Made by a program: the position numbers and the translations under genes. A model generated the notes under the pieces. The model did not search any database. It saw nothing but the letters and a program-made list of their open reading frames with translations, and was not told the DNA's origin. DNA of 32,277 nt from the sequence record SRR20825006_2897. One strand, 5' to 3'. Position 1 is the first letter of the stretch, and the number at the start of each line of letters is the position of its first letter. Below, piece after piece: positions 9,812 to 19,688 of the stretch.

Positions 9812-9819
9812 TACTTTTG
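9812..9819 (+). promoter_or_regulatory. -7 promoter box, near-leaderless transcript
   Basis: TACTTTTG ending 6 nt before ATG 9826. Confidence 0.6.
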
Positions 9820-9825
9820 GTTGTT

Positions 9826-10947
9826 ATGAAAGACCTCAAAGTAAGAGCTTGTATTGCGCTGGCCATAGCAGTTCTCGTAGTATCCTGTAAAGAGCGGGCA
9901 AGCGATAAAATAAATGCCGCAGCGACTTCAAAAGAAGTTACTCAAAAACCACATGAACTTCTCGTAGCCCAACCCGATAGTATAAAAACTCCGGAAGGTA
10001 TGGTTTGGGTTTCGGGAGTGGAATTTACTCAAGGAGCTGGTACAGGAGATGCTTTGGCTTTGCCTCGTGAAAAACCCGCACATCCCGTGGCAGTAGATGG
10101 CTTTTTTATAGATCAAACCGAAGTCACCAATGCGCAATTTCAAAAATTTGTGGACGCAACCGGCTACGTTACCCTAGCAGAACGCCCGGTAGATTGGGAA
10201 GCGATGAAAAAGACCTTACCACCGGGAACGCCAAAACCGGCAGACAGTTTGCTTCAGCCGGGCTCGTTGATCTTTGACCGCAGCGTGCAACAGGTTACAG
10301 ACCTAAACAATTATACCCAATGGTGGGAGTGGAAGATAGGAGCAAATTGGAAGCATCCGCAAGGACCGGAGAGTACTATTGAAGGAAAAGCAAATTATCC
10401 TGTGGTTCACATAAGTTATGAGGATGCTTTGGCGTATTGCAAATGGGCCAACAGGCGCCTGCCTACCGAAACAGAATGGGAAGCCGCGGCACATGGAAAA
10501 TTGCCCGGCGGAATATATACTTGGGGAGATGATGCAACCGCTTTACCTGAAAAAGCAAATACTTGGCAAGGAACTTTTCCTACTAGAAATTCAGATGAAG
10601 ATGGGTATGCTTACGCGGCTCCGGTAGGATCGTATGCACCCAATTCTTTAGGCATTTATGATCTGTCTGGGAATGTTTGGGAGCTTACTCAAGATTGGTT
10701 TTCTACCCGGTATTATCAAGAAGTAGCGGGAAGCAAAAGCATCAATCCGCAAGGTGCGGTGGAAAGCTACAACCCCGAAAATCCCTATCAACCCGAAAAA
10801 GTAATTAAAGGTGGTTCGTTTTTATGTGATGATTCCTATTGTGCCAGTTATCGTATCTCTGCGCGTATGGGCCAAGCCTTAGAGTCATCCTCAGATCATA
10901 GCGGTTTTAGAACTGTGGCAGATGTAGGGATGCTTCAAGCTGATTAA
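9826..10947 (+). CDS. Formylglycine-generating enzyme (SUMF1/FGE-sulfatase) family lipoprotein
   Basis: TEVTNAQF, PVVHISYEDA, RLPTETEWEAAA, NSLGIYDLSGNVWE, KGGSFLCDDSYCASYR (CxxxxC core) and HSGFR. Lipobox VVS-C. Start moved from TTG 9817, which lies inside the promoter box, to ATG 9826. Confidence 0.9.
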   Translation: MKDLKVRACIALAIAVLVVSCKERASDKINAAATSKEVTQKPHELLVAQPDSIKTPEGMVWVSGVEFTQGAGTGDALALPREKPAHPVAVDGFFIDQTEVTNAQFQKFVDATGYVTLAERPVDWEAMKKTLPPGTPKPADSLLQPGSLIFDRSVQQVTDLNNYTQWWEWKIGANWKHPQGPESTIEGKANYPVVHISYEDALAYCKWANRRLPTETEWEAAAHGKLPGGIYTWGDDATALPEKANTWQGTFPTRNSDEDGYAYAAPVGSYAPNSLGIYDLSGNVWELTQDWFSTRYYQEVAGSKSINPQGAVESYNPENPYQPEKVIKGGSFLCDDSYCASYRISARMGQALESSSDHSGFRTVADVGMLQAD

Positions 10948-11039
10948 GATTTACACAGCGGTGGCGTTTATTATTTAAGAAAAGGATTTCGTATACTTGT
11001 AAGTTAAATGTAGAATCAACACTTTTAATTATACTTTAT

Positions 11040-12089
11040 ATGCGATCTATTTATACGTTGCCCTTGGCACTTGTGCTGCTCATTGTGAGTTCTTGTAAAG
11101 AATCACAAGAAAGGACCGAAGCAGAAACGTTTTCAGAAGAAAAAACTACCTGTACCGAAATGCCCTATAATAATCCCATAGTAGGGCAGCGTGCTGACCC
11201 TTGGGTATACAAGGATAGCGACGGAACCTATTATTTTATAGCTACTGCACCCGAATATGATCGTATTGAGATCAGAAAAGCCAATACCATTAATGCTCTG
11301 GGTACCGCTGAACCGCAAGTGATCTGGACGAAGCACGAGACCGGTAAAATGGGACATCACATTTGGGCACCTGAATTACACAAAATAGATGGAAAATGGT
11401 ATGTTTATTTTGCTGCAGGTGAAGCCGAAAATGTTTGGAACATCAGGATGTTTGCGCTTTCTACCGATGCTGCAGATCCTACACAAGGCGATTGGGTAGA
11501 AGAGGGGCAGATCGCTACCGAACGGGATTCATTTTCACTCGATGCGACCACTTTTGAACATAAGGGAACCCGTTACTTGATCTGGGCACAAAACGTACGT
11601 GAAGGAGAGAATACTTCGTTGGTAATGTCTGCGATGGAAAATCCAACGACCTTAACTGGTCCTGAAATTATTATCACCGATCCTGAATACGACTGGGAAC
11701 GTATAGGCTACAAAGTAAATGAAGGTCCGGCAGTATTGAAGCGCAACGGAAAGATCTTTGTAAGCTATTCAGCAAGTGCTACAGATGCTAATTATGCAGT
11801 GGGTTTGCTCTGGGCTGATGAAAATGCAGACTTGATGGATGAGGCCTCTTGGAATAAATCAGAAACTCCGGTTTTTACTACTAATGCAGACGCGCGACGT
11901 TTTGGTCCCGGGCACAATTCATTTACTAAAGCCGAAGATGATACTACCGATGTGATGATCTATCACGCCCGAGTTTATGAGCAAATACGCGGAAACTCGT
12001 TGTACGATTTTAACCGTCACACCCGCGCAAGAGTCCTAAAATGGGATGAAAAAGGCTTCCCTGATTTTAGACAAGACCAGCGCGACTAA
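11040..12089 (+). CDS. GH43 alpha-L-arabinofuranosidase-like lipoprotein
   Basis: RADPW (catalytic base), IWAPELH, SLDAT, VNEGP (catalytic acid) and GPGHNSF. Lipobox VSS-C. Confidence 0.92.
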   Translation: MRSIYTLPLALVLLIVSSCKESQERTEAETFSEEKTTCTEMPYNNPIVGQRADPWVYKDSDGTYYFIATAPEYDRIEIRKANTINALGTAEPQVIWTKHETGKMGHHIWAPELHKIDGKWYVYFAAGEAENVWNIRMFALSTDAADPTQGDWVEEGQIATERDSFSLDATTFEHKGTRYLIWAQNVREGENTSLVMSAMENPTTLTGPEIIITDPEYDWERIGYKVNEGPAVLKRNGKIFVSYSASATDANYAVGLLWADENADLMDEASWNKSETPVFTTNADARRFGPGHNSFTKAEDDTTDVMIYHARVYEQIRGNSLYDFNRHTRARVLKWDEKGFPDFRQDQRD

Positions 12090-12116
12090 CTTTTTTGACA
12101 TTAATCAAGGCATTCC

Positions 12117-12159
12117 TAAGCCTCGCAGGAGTTTGTTTCTCTTGCGAGGCTTAACTTTG
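12117..12159 (+). promoter_or_regulatory. 15-bp inverted repeat overlapping the promoter of the MFS gene
   Basis: taagcctcgcaggag / ctcttgcgaggctta (12117-12153), with TTTG in the loop and TAACTTTG at 12152-12159. Confidence 0.6.
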
Positions 12160-12182
12160 CGCACTTATTTAATTTTAATTTT

Positions 12183-13400
12183 ATGAGTGAAGTAAAGACA
12201 AGAAAATCCCCCGGCTTAATATTAATTCTTGGTTTACTTACGGCTTTAGGCCCTATCGCAACAGATATTTACTTACCGGCCTTTGAAGATATCGCGGTAA
12301 AGCTTAATACACACATCAGCACGATTTCTTATACGCTCTCTAGCTTTTTTATTGGTTTGTCTATCGGGCAACTCATCTACGGCCCAATGCTTGAACGTTT
12401 TGGTCGCAAAAAGCCCATATACATAGGTCTCGTTATTTATTTTCTCGCTTCTTTAGGTTGTGCATTGTCTGCTGATATTTATATTTTAATCGGTTTGCGA
12501 TTCTTTCAAGCGGTAGGGGCTTGTGCGGGAATGGTAGCTTCTCGTGCTCTTGTGCGCGATCTGTTTGAAGATAAAGAAGTCGCTCAGGTATTTTCGCTGT
12601 TGATGGTCGTTGTGGCAGTATCGCCTATAATCGCACCAACTTTAGGCGGATTGATCACCATTCAGTTGGGATGGCGCTGGGTTTTTGCCAGCTTGAGTAT
12701 TTTAACGCTTTTGGTTTTTATAGGTTCGTATTTTAAACTTCCGCACGGGAAACCTGCAAATCCAGAACATTCTTTACACCTGAAGCCGGTTTTGAAGAAT
12801 TATAGAGAAGTACTACTAGATAAACAATTTGCGGTATATGCGATCTCAGGCTCAATTGCTTATGCAGGGATCTATTCTTATTTAAGCGGGTCGCCCCACC
12901 TTTATTTAGAATTGTTTGCAGTCAGTAAAACCGAATATAGTATCATTTTTGCGATCATCGCTGCGGGTCTGATCGGTTCGAGTCAAATAAATAATCTGAT
13001 CTTGAAGAAGAAGGAAACCGCGCAGGTGGTACCTGTGGCTCAAGTATTTCAGTGCTTACTTTCAGTAGCGCTGGTTGCGATTAGCTATTTTGAAGTAGGT
13101 GGATTGTACTTAACCACTGTTTTGATCTTTCTGTATATGTGTTGTTTGGGCTTTATCTTTCCTAACGCATCGGCATTATCTCTTGTGCGCTTGGGCCATA
13201 CCGCCGGAAATGCTTCGGCAATGTTAGGAGCGATACAAATGGTAATGGGGGCTATTGGTTCGGCTTTAGTGAGTTATTTTCAAGCACGTACAGATCTTGC
13301 GATGTATTTGGTGATGTGTAGTGTGGCATTCTTAGCCTTCGCACTGCTGATTTCAGGAACCAAAAGTTTAAAGTCGGCTTACCATCTGGCGGAAAAATAA
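12183..13400 (+). CDS. Bcr/CflA (DHA1) family MFS efflux transporter
   Basis: DIYLPAF, GQLIYGPMLERFGRKKP, LRFFQAVG, SPIIAPTLGG, GWRWVF and about 12 hydrophobic segments. Confidence 0.93.
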   Translation: MSEVKTRKSPGLILILGLLTALGPIATDIYLPAFEDIAVKLNTHISTISYTLSSFFIGLSIGQLIYGPMLERFGRKKPIYIGLVIYFLASLGCALSADIYILIGLRFFQAVGACAGMVASRALVRDLFEDKEVAQVFSLLMVVVAVSPIIAPTLGGLITIQLGWRWVFASLSILTLLVFIGSYFKLPHGKPANPEHSLHLKPVLKNYREVLLDKQFAVYAISGSIAYAGIYSYLSGSPHLYLELFAVSKTEYSIIFAIIAAGLIGSSQINNLILKKKETAQVVPVAQVFQCLLSVALVAISYFEVGGLYLTTVLIFLYMCCLGFIFPNASALSLVRLGHTAGNASAMLGAIQMVMGAIGSALVSYFQARTDLAMYLVMCSVAFLAFALLISGTKSLKSAYHLAEK

Positions 13401-13449
13401 AAGCCCCGTTTTCACGAGGCTTTGTCTTTCAATTCTTTCAGTGCAAGAA

Positions 13450-15972
13450 TTACATCTGATTACTGAAGAAAATACCATTCATTAAAAGCTTAGAAGTCCC
13501 GTACCAGAAGGCTCTAAAGTTGGTGTTGTCTGTAAAGATCAGCACTTCACCACGTCCTGAAGATTGGTGTACAAAAGGGCGTGTGCCTTTGATGGCTTCG
13601 TAGTTGATGGGACTAATGTATCCCGCTGCAAGCGGTTCATCGGTATATAAAATAGGGTTTTTATAACTGGTCTCGTCTGCTTCGATAAACAAGGTTGTGT
13701 CTCTAAACAAACTGATGGCTGCATTATCATACCCAAAAGCGATAGGGTGAGAGCGATCAAGCTTGGCGCTAAAGATCGCACCGCCAATCACCTGAGCACC
13801 ATTAAAGTCACTGCGTTGTTCAAAAGTGACCTCTTTCGCCGGATTTTCGGTTTCTACTTCTCTAAAATCAACTAATCCCTGACGTTTGATCCAGCGCGCG
13901 GCATTTTTAAAGCCTATAAGCGTCCCGCCATTGCGCACCCAAGAAGCGATTTTATTTCCTGCCGACTCGTCTAAACCGCCGCCCCAGCCGCTGGTAGGCA
14001 TAATAATCGTGGTGTATTGCGACAGGTCTGTTCTGTTAAAATTACGGGTATCTAGTTTAGTAATGCTGATGTCAAAACGGGTGTCGAGCAGGTGCCAGAT
14101 TTCGCCTGCATCATAGGATCTGATGCCATCGCCCACGAGCAACGCGATCTTCTGAGGCTTTAAAGCTTCAAATTTGCGACTCCCAAGATCGATACCTTCG
14201 GTTAAACCTGTTTTTACAGGATCAATACTCAAGTGAGAGGCTTTAGCGACATCATCTAAAAATGCCTGAAGGTCGGCTGCATTCAAACTTTGATTTTGAA
14301 CAGGAATCATTACGCTTCCGTAGTCATAATCGATTCCACCAACGCTAAAGGGTTGCAAGGACACTTTAGCACGAATCCCTTTATTCAAGATTGCATTAAG
14401 AGCTTTAGGCGCATAATAATTTCCCCACGGTAGTATATATGCATACTCGCTGCGAGATAAGCTAAGCGGTGTTTGCAAGGTAACGCTGTCTATTTTTGTA
14501 CCTGCAATACTCGCCGGAGCGCTGTCGCTAAAATCTAAGTTAAAGGCTAGTGGAAAACTCCAAGCCGAAATATCATAAAACAAGCTGTCCTCAAAAGTGG
14601 TGCGTTTTTCAAACATTCCTTTTAATAATCGGCTGTGTTTTTGCGTTTTTGGAACCACATAACTGCTCTCAGTATCAAAGCTCAGGTCTTTAGTAGTATA
14701 GTTTTCTGAAGGTTTGTACACTGCGATTTTATGGCGCTGTAAAAGTTGTGCAAGATGTGCAGCCCGCGCCGGATCGTTTTTACTCCCGAAGATATAAGCG
14801 TCTTTTCCTGCTTCATTCCTGCTATTTACATAAAAGTCACGCTGATAATCCAGCATCTTTTTACGCATACCTTGTGCGGCGGCAATGGTTGAAAGAAAAG
14901 CGGTAAACTGATTGCGTATCGTAAACGGAAAAGTTAGGAGTCCGTTATCAGTTTCCTGAACGTGCCCTCGCGAACTCGCTTGCTCAAAAAGAATTCCTAC
15001 ACTCCCGTTGATATCAGGGAAGGTAGAGCCTTTACCGTAATAGAAGTCGTCGTAATCCTCTTCAGTATAGTAAAATGAACCGATTTTATCAAAAGCGGCA
15101 GCGTGGTATTTACCAATTTCAGCAGTGAGCTCTTGATTGAGTTTTGGTGTCAAAGGATGCGTACGGCTTTGAATCCCCGGTTGAAAGAAGAACGAAGAGT
15201 TGCTTCCCATCTCGTGATGATCTGTCAAAATATTAGGGTACCACTCGTGAAAGGTTTTGATGCGCACTTGAGATTCCGGTAATTCTGCCGGAAGCCAGTC
15301 TCTATTAAGGTCAAACCAATAATGATTTGTACGACCGCCTGGCCAGATCTCGCTGTATTCGCGATCTTGAGGATCGGTAGTTAAGTTTTGATTTTTATTA
15401 GTGTTTGCCCAATATGAAAAACGCTGAAGCCCATCAGGATTAAAGGAAGGATCAAATAGAATAACCACATCTTGAAGCATTGCATCAATTTTAGCTCCTT
15501 GCGCCGCTGCTAGATAATAAACGGCAAGCAAACCGGCATTTGAACCGCTGGGCTCATTACCGTGAATACTCATACCCTGGTAAGTTACAATAGGCATCGT
15601 TTCGGTATCCATATTGGCGGCGCCGCTTTCGGTAAGGGCGTGATGTTCTTTTTTAATTTGTGCTAGATTCGCGTGCTTTTCAGGAGAAGTGATCGTGAGT
15701 AGCAGCAAAGGTCTGCCTTCATAGGTAGTGCCTCTGTTTTCAATAGTTATGCGATCTGAAGCCGCTGCCATCGTACGCATATAACTTGCTAAAGCATCGT
15801 GGCTCACGTGCCATTCTCCCGGCACATAGCCTAAAACCTCCTGTGGTTTTGGAATCTCAGGATCGTAGGTAACATCATCAGGCAAATAGTAGTCCAGCGA
15901 TGGGTGCATCACCTGTGCGGTGGACTGAAAAATTGTAAAAATCAAGAAAAGATGGAGTAGGAGTTGTTTCAT
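13450..15972 (-). CDS. M14-family zinc carboxypeptidase, secreted, with C-terminal GATase-like domain
   Basis: SIHGNEPSG (HxxE), NPDG, GRTNHYWFDLNRD and DHHEMG. ATG 15972 (MKQLLLHLFLIFTIFQSTA-Q) gives a signal peptide, although the ORF is open from 16050. Confidence 0.9.
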   Translation of the reverse strand: MKQLLLHLFLIFTIFQSTAQVMHPSLDYYLPDDVTYDPEIPKPQEVLGYVPGEWHVSHDALASYMRTMAAASDRITIENRGTTYEGRPLLLLTITSPEKHANLAQIKKEHHALTESGAANMDTETMPIVTYQGMSIHGNEPSGSNAGLLAVYYLAAAQGAKIDAMLQDVVILFDPSFNPDGLQRFSYWANTNKNQNLTTDPQDREYSEIWPGGRTNHYWFDLNRDWLPAELPESQVRIKTFHEWYPNILTDHHEMGSNSSFFFQPGIQSRTHPLTPKLNQELTAEIGKYHAAAFDKIGSFYYTEEDYDDFYYGKGSTFPDINGSVGILFEQASSRGHVQETDNGLLTFPFTIRNQFTAFLSTIAAAQGMRKKMLDYQRDFYVNSRNEAGKDAYIFGSKNDPARAAHLAQLLQRHKIAVYKPSENYTTKDLSFDTESSYVVPKTQKHSRLLKGMFEKRTTFEDSLFYDISAWSFPLAFNLDFSDSAPASIAGTKIDSVTLQTPLSLSRSEYAYILPWGNYYAPKALNAILNKGIRAKVSLQPFSVGGIDYDYGSVMIPVQNQSLNAADLQAFLDDVAKASHLSIDPVKTGLTEGIDLGSRKFEALKPQKIALLVGDGIRSYDAGEIWHLLDTRFDISITKLDTRNFNRTDLSQYTTIIMPTSGWGGGLDESAGNKIASWVRNGGTLIGFKNAARWIKRQGLVDFREVETENPAKEVTFEQRSDFNGAQVIGGAIFSAKLDRSHPIAFGYDNAAISLFRDTTLFIEADETSYKNPILYTDEPLAAGYISPINYEAIKGTRPFVHQSSGRGEVLIFTDNTNFRAFWYGTSKLLMNGIFFSNQM

Positions 15973-16119
15973 AGAATCGTATATAACTTTTAGTATGGTT
16001 TTAAATATATCATTTTTTAAAGAACTGCTTTTGATAACCACGGAACACAAGGTTTAAATTGTGCGGATTTCTTCTCGCTACAAATCGCGTATTTTAGGAT
16101 ATTCTTAAAATCAGGGTAT

Positions 16120-16146
16120 AAAAAAAGCCGCAAACTATGCGGCTTT
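16120..16146 (-). terminator. Intrinsic terminator after DUF3276 gene
   Basis: Minus strand aaagccgca-tagtt-tgcggcttttttt. Confidence 0.75.
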
Positions 16147-16167
16147 AAAATCTTGGGATTTGATTTT

Positions 16168-16542
16168 TTAAATATCGTCAAAACTTACATCAGTAAAAGC
16201 TTTTGCCGATTTGCCTTCTAATACAGGCTCTTTATCTTCTTCTTTAACGTAATCACTCTGGTGACGCTCGCTGATGACTTCTTCTCCTTTTTCATCAAGA
16301 ATGTAAGCAGTCATTTCATTTAAGATCTCAGAGAATCCTTCAAAATCTTCTTTATAAAGGTAGATTTTATGTTTTTTGTAGTGAAAGGAACCATCATCAT
16401 TTGTGAACTTTTTACTCTCAGTAATGGTTAAGTAGTAATCTCCCGCACGTGTAGAACGTACATCAAAAAAGTAGGTGCGACGACCTGCTCTTAACACTTT
16501 CGAGAATATTTCATCATTCCCCTTCATTTCATTATTGCTCAT
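16168..16542 (-). CDS. DUF3276 / PUR-alpha-like nucleic-acid-binding protein
   Basis: IFSKVLRAGRRTYFFDV...DYYLTITESKK...KHKIYLYKEDF and acidic tail SFDDI. Confidence 0.9.
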   Translation of the reverse strand: MSNNEMKGNDEIFSKVLRAGRRTYFFDVRSTRAGDYYLTITESKKFTNDDGSFHYKKHKIYLYKEDFEGFSEILNEMTAYILDEKGEEVISERHQSDYVKEEDKEPVLEGKSAKAFTDVSFDDI

Positions 16543-16609
16543 AATCTATGTTTAGTTAATACGCTTTATACTTTCAAAAATGGAAAAAAATTAAATGGTG
16601 TACAAAATT

Positions 16610-18367
16610 TTATTCCATTTCTTTTTCGTCTAATTGTTTTCGGTAGAGTTCTTGATAATATCCCTCTTCTGCGATAAGATCTGCGTGGGTTCCGCGTTGA
16701 ATGATCTCACCTTCTTCCAGAATGATAATTTTATCAGCATTTTTTGCGGAAGAAATACGGTGGCTTACTAAAATCGTAGTTTTAGTTGCAGCCACTTTTT
16801 TGAGATTGCTCAGGATTTCTTCTTCGGTTTCAGTATCTACTGCCGAAAGACTATCGTCAAAAAGTAAGATCTGCGGATCTTTAATAATTGCTCTGGCAAT
16901 TGAAACACGTTGCTTTTGACCGCCACTGAGGGTAATACCTCGTTCTCCTAAAATGGTATCATATCCTTTTGAAAAATCTACGATATTGTTGTGTACCACA
17001 GCATCTTTTGCAGCCTGAATCACTTGCGCATCAGTGGCATTGTTATTACCAAACTTGATGTTCTCTTTGATACTGTCGCTAAATAAAAAGGCTTCTTGCG
17101 GTACATAACCTATGCTGGTACGCAAGTCTTTAAGATTCAATTGATCAATAGGCGTGTCATCTACGGTGATCACTCCACTTGTAGTGTCGTACAAGCGACC
17201 AATAAGCTCCAGAATAGTTGATTTTCCTGAACCGGTCTTACCGATGATCGCTAGCGTTTCGCCTTGATTTACTTCAAAAGAAACTTCTTTAAGAGCGGTT
17301 ATATTGGTATCCTCGTAAGTGAAGGTCACCTTGTCAAACTTGATGCTTCCGTTTACCGGCGTGTGCGCTTCGGTTTTGTTTATGATTTCGGGCTTTTCTT
17401 TTAGAAATTCGTTGATGCGTTTCTGAGAAGCTTCGGCTTGTTGTACCAAAGAAGTGATCCAGCCTACAGAAGCTACCGGCCACGTCAACATATTGACGTA
17501 GATCAGAAACTCAACAATGACTCCCAGGTCAGGAATGCTTCCGTCTATATATTTTTTTCCACCGATATAAATAACCAGCAAGTTACTGACCCCAATAAGC
17601 GCGATCATCAATGGGAAAAAGAAGGCTTGCACTTTAACAAGATCTAAGTTCTTTTCTTTGTTGGTCTCACTTAGTTTTTCAAAATTCTCATAGGTTTGAG
17701 GCTCGATACCGTAAGCTTTGATCACACCGATACCGCTGAAGGATTCTTGCGTAAAGGTGCTTAAATGCGACAGGTACTGCTGTACGATCGTACTACGTTT
17801 GTGAATAAGCCGGCTCAATTGATAAATCGCAACAGAAAGAATTGGCAAGGGGATGAGCACGTATAACGTAAGCTCAGGAGCCGTGTAAAACATATACGGG
17901 ATCACGGTAGCAAATAGAATGACCGTAGTTACGCCATACATTATAGCGGGACCTAAGTACATACGCACTTTGCTGACATCCTCACTAATACGGTTCATCA
18001 AATCTCCCGTACGATTCTTTTTGTAGAAGCTAAGCGACAGATTTTGATATTGGTCGTACACTTCGTTTTTGAGATCAGCTTCCATATAACGTGAAACCAC
18101 GATAAACATCTGGCGCATCAAAAAGGTGAAAAAGGCCGAAAGCAGCGCCGCACCCAGAAGTAAAAACAGCGTCATCAGGAGTTGCTGCTTGAGTTCGCTT
18201 AAATCACCACCATCACTAATGTAATTCTCCACATATTTGATCATATCGCCCGAAAACTTAGGCGTGAGAATGGCAAATATGCGTGCCACAAGTACGATGA
18301 AAAAGCCTAGAATAAGCTTCCATTTATACTTTTTAAAATACTTATTGAGATGCTGAAGTTCTTTCAT
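16610..18367 (-). CDS. ABC transporter fused permease/ATP-binding protein (MdlA-like exporter)
   Basis: N-terminal TM domain, Walker A GKTGSGKST, signature LSGGQKQR, Walker B LLFDD and H-loop SHR. Start ATG 18367 (alternative 18376). Confidence 0.93.
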   Translation of the reverse strand: MKELQHLNKYFKKYKWKLILGFFIVLVARIFAILTPKFSGDMIKYVENYISDGGDLSELKQQLLMTLFLLLGAALLSAFFTFLMRQMFIVVSRYMEADLKNEVYDQYQNLSLSFYKKNRTGDLMNRISEDVSKVRMYLGPAIMYGVTTVILFATVIPYMFYTAPELTLYVLIPLPILSVAIYQLSRLIHKRSTIVQQYLSHLSTFTQESFSGIGVIKAYGIEPQTYENFEKLSETNKEKNLDLVKVQAFFFPLMIALIGVSNLLVIYIGGKKYIDGSIPDLGVIVEFLIYVNMLTWPVASVGWITSLVQQAEASQKRINEFLKEKPEIINKTEAHTPVNGSIKFDKVTFTYEDTNITALKEVSFEVNQGETLAIIGKTGSGKSTILELIGRLYDTTSGVITVDDTPIDQLNLKDLRTSIGYVPQEAFLFSDSIKENIKFGNNNATDAQVIQAAKDAVVHNNIVDFSKGYDTILGERGITLSGGQKQRVSIARAIIKDPQILLFDDSLSAVDTETEEEILSNLKKVAATKTTILVSHRISSAKNADKIIILEEGEIIQRGTHADLIAEEGYYQELYRKQLDEKEME

Positions 18368-18426
18368 AGTATGCAATTGGGACTGCGCTAAAAAGCTGAA
18401 AAGGAGATTAGCTTAGCGAAGCCGCG

Positions 18427-18434
18427 CAAAGATA
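18427..18434 (-). promoter_or_regulatory. -7 promoter box for ABC-DUF3276
   Basis: TATCTTTG on the minus strand. Confidence 0.6.
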
Positions 18435-18513
18435 AGCGATTCGGCTTGAATAGCACGGTTTAGATTTTTTATATAAAAGTCTAATTATGCTGTTAGAAAA
18501 ATCATTTAAAATG

Positions 18514-18521
18514 TATTTTTG
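18514..18521 (+). promoter_or_regulatory. -7 promoter box for nusB
   Basis: TATTTTTG about 80 nt upstream of the nusB ATG. Confidence 0.6.
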
Positions 18522-18589
18522 CATCGATTTTGTCCAAACGGGCAAACTGGCTGGTTAGCTTGAATAATACGAAACCGAAATAACCAAAA

Positions 18590-18600
18590 GTTCTTTTGAA
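18590..18600 (+). promoter_or_regulatory. boxA-like element immediately upstream of nusB
   Basis: GTTCTTTTGAA ending 2 nt before the ATG. It resembles boxA GYTCTTTAANA. Confidence 0.5.
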
Positions 18601-18602
18601 TT

Positions 18603-19550
18603 ATGCTTAACAGAAGGCACATTCGCGTAAAAGTTATGCAGGCATTGTATGCGCTGCATCAATCAGAACAACCTGATCTACTAAAGGAAGAAAAGTTTTT
18701 AAACGCGAGTACTGCTCAAATGTATGAGTTGTATCTTACGATTGTAGATCTGCTTGTAGAGATACATGCACACGCTAAAGACATTCTGGAGCGCTCTCAG
18801 CAAAAAATGCTGGCCACAGAATCTGAGAAGAATCCTAATCTCAAATTTGTAAACAACCCGGTGCTGGTTAAGCTTTCGGAAAACGAATTACTGCAAAAAG
18901 AACTTAAAAAAGCTAAACTTAATAACTGGAGGTTAGATAATGAGTATGTTGTATTGCTTTACAACGAACTCATTGCAAGTGATTTTTATGCGGAATATAT
19001 GGCCTCTGAAACCAGCGATTTTAAAACAGATCGTGATTTTGTAATTGACTTTTTTACTGAATTTGTAGCGCCTAACGATAAGCTTTATGATTATTTGGAA
19101 GACTACCGTTTAACTTGGGTAGATGATCTTCCTGTGGTTAATACCACAATTGTAAAGCGTCTGGGTAAGATCAAGCCTAATTCTCCTGAAAGCACCATTT
19201 TGCCTAAACTGTATAAAGACGAAGAAGACCGTCAGTTTGCAAAAGATTTATTATTACGTACTGCCCGTAATGACGAGGAGTACGAAGCTGAAATTTTAGG
19301 TAACACACCAAACTGGGATCAGGACCGTATTGCGACACTTGATAAAATATTGATCAAGATGGCTTTGTGCGAATTTCTGAGATTCTCTTCGATCCCTGTG
19401 AAGGTTACTATCAATGAATATTTAGAATTGTCTAAAGAATACTCAACGCCCAAGAGTAGCATTTTTGTAAATGGTGTTCTGGATCGTTTGGTTAAAAAGT
19501 ATAAAAAAGACAATAGGCTCAATAAAGCCGGTAGAGGTCTTATTGAATAA
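18603..19550 (+). CDS. nusB: Transcription antitermination factor NusB (long Bacteroidetes form)
   Basis: MLNRRHIRVKVMQALY, NWDQDRIA and IPVKVTINEYLELSKEYSTPKSSIFVNGVLD. Synteny with DUF1573-yajC. Confidence 0.96.
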   Translation: MLNRRHIRVKVMQALYALHQSEQPDLLKEEKFLNASTAQMYELYLTIVDLLVEIHAHAKDILERSQQKMLATESEKNPNLKFVNNPVLVKLSENELLQKELKKAKLNNWRLDNEYVVLLYNELIASDFYAEYMASETSDFKTDRDFVIDFFTEFVAPNDKLYDYLEDYRLTWVDDLPVVNTTIVKRLGKIKPNSPESTILPKLYKDEEDRQFAKDLLLRTARNDEEYEAEILGNTPNWDQDRIATLDKILIKMALCEFLRFSSIPVKVTINEYLELSKEYSTPKSSIFVNGVLDRLVKKYKKDNRLNKAGRGLIE

Positions 19551-19656
19551 ATGATTTATACAATATCCAGATCAACTATTATTAGGCTTGTTGGCAAACG
19601 TGCATTGTACCTATTTTCCTGATAAAGCCGGCATACTAGGGTATGGATTAAAATTG

Positions 19657-19664
19657 TATTTTTG
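19657..19664 (+). promoter_or_regulatory. -7 promoter box for DUF1573-yajC
   Basis: TATTTTTG 24 nt upstream of ATG 19689. Confidence 0.55.
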
Positions 19665-19688
19665 AAACTCTAAAAAAGTAATAGAATT

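Noticed and set aside
7920-12089. Polysaccharide utilisation locus
   Set aside because: No SusC/SusD pair or sensor-regulator, and GH15 and GH43 act on unrelated substrates.
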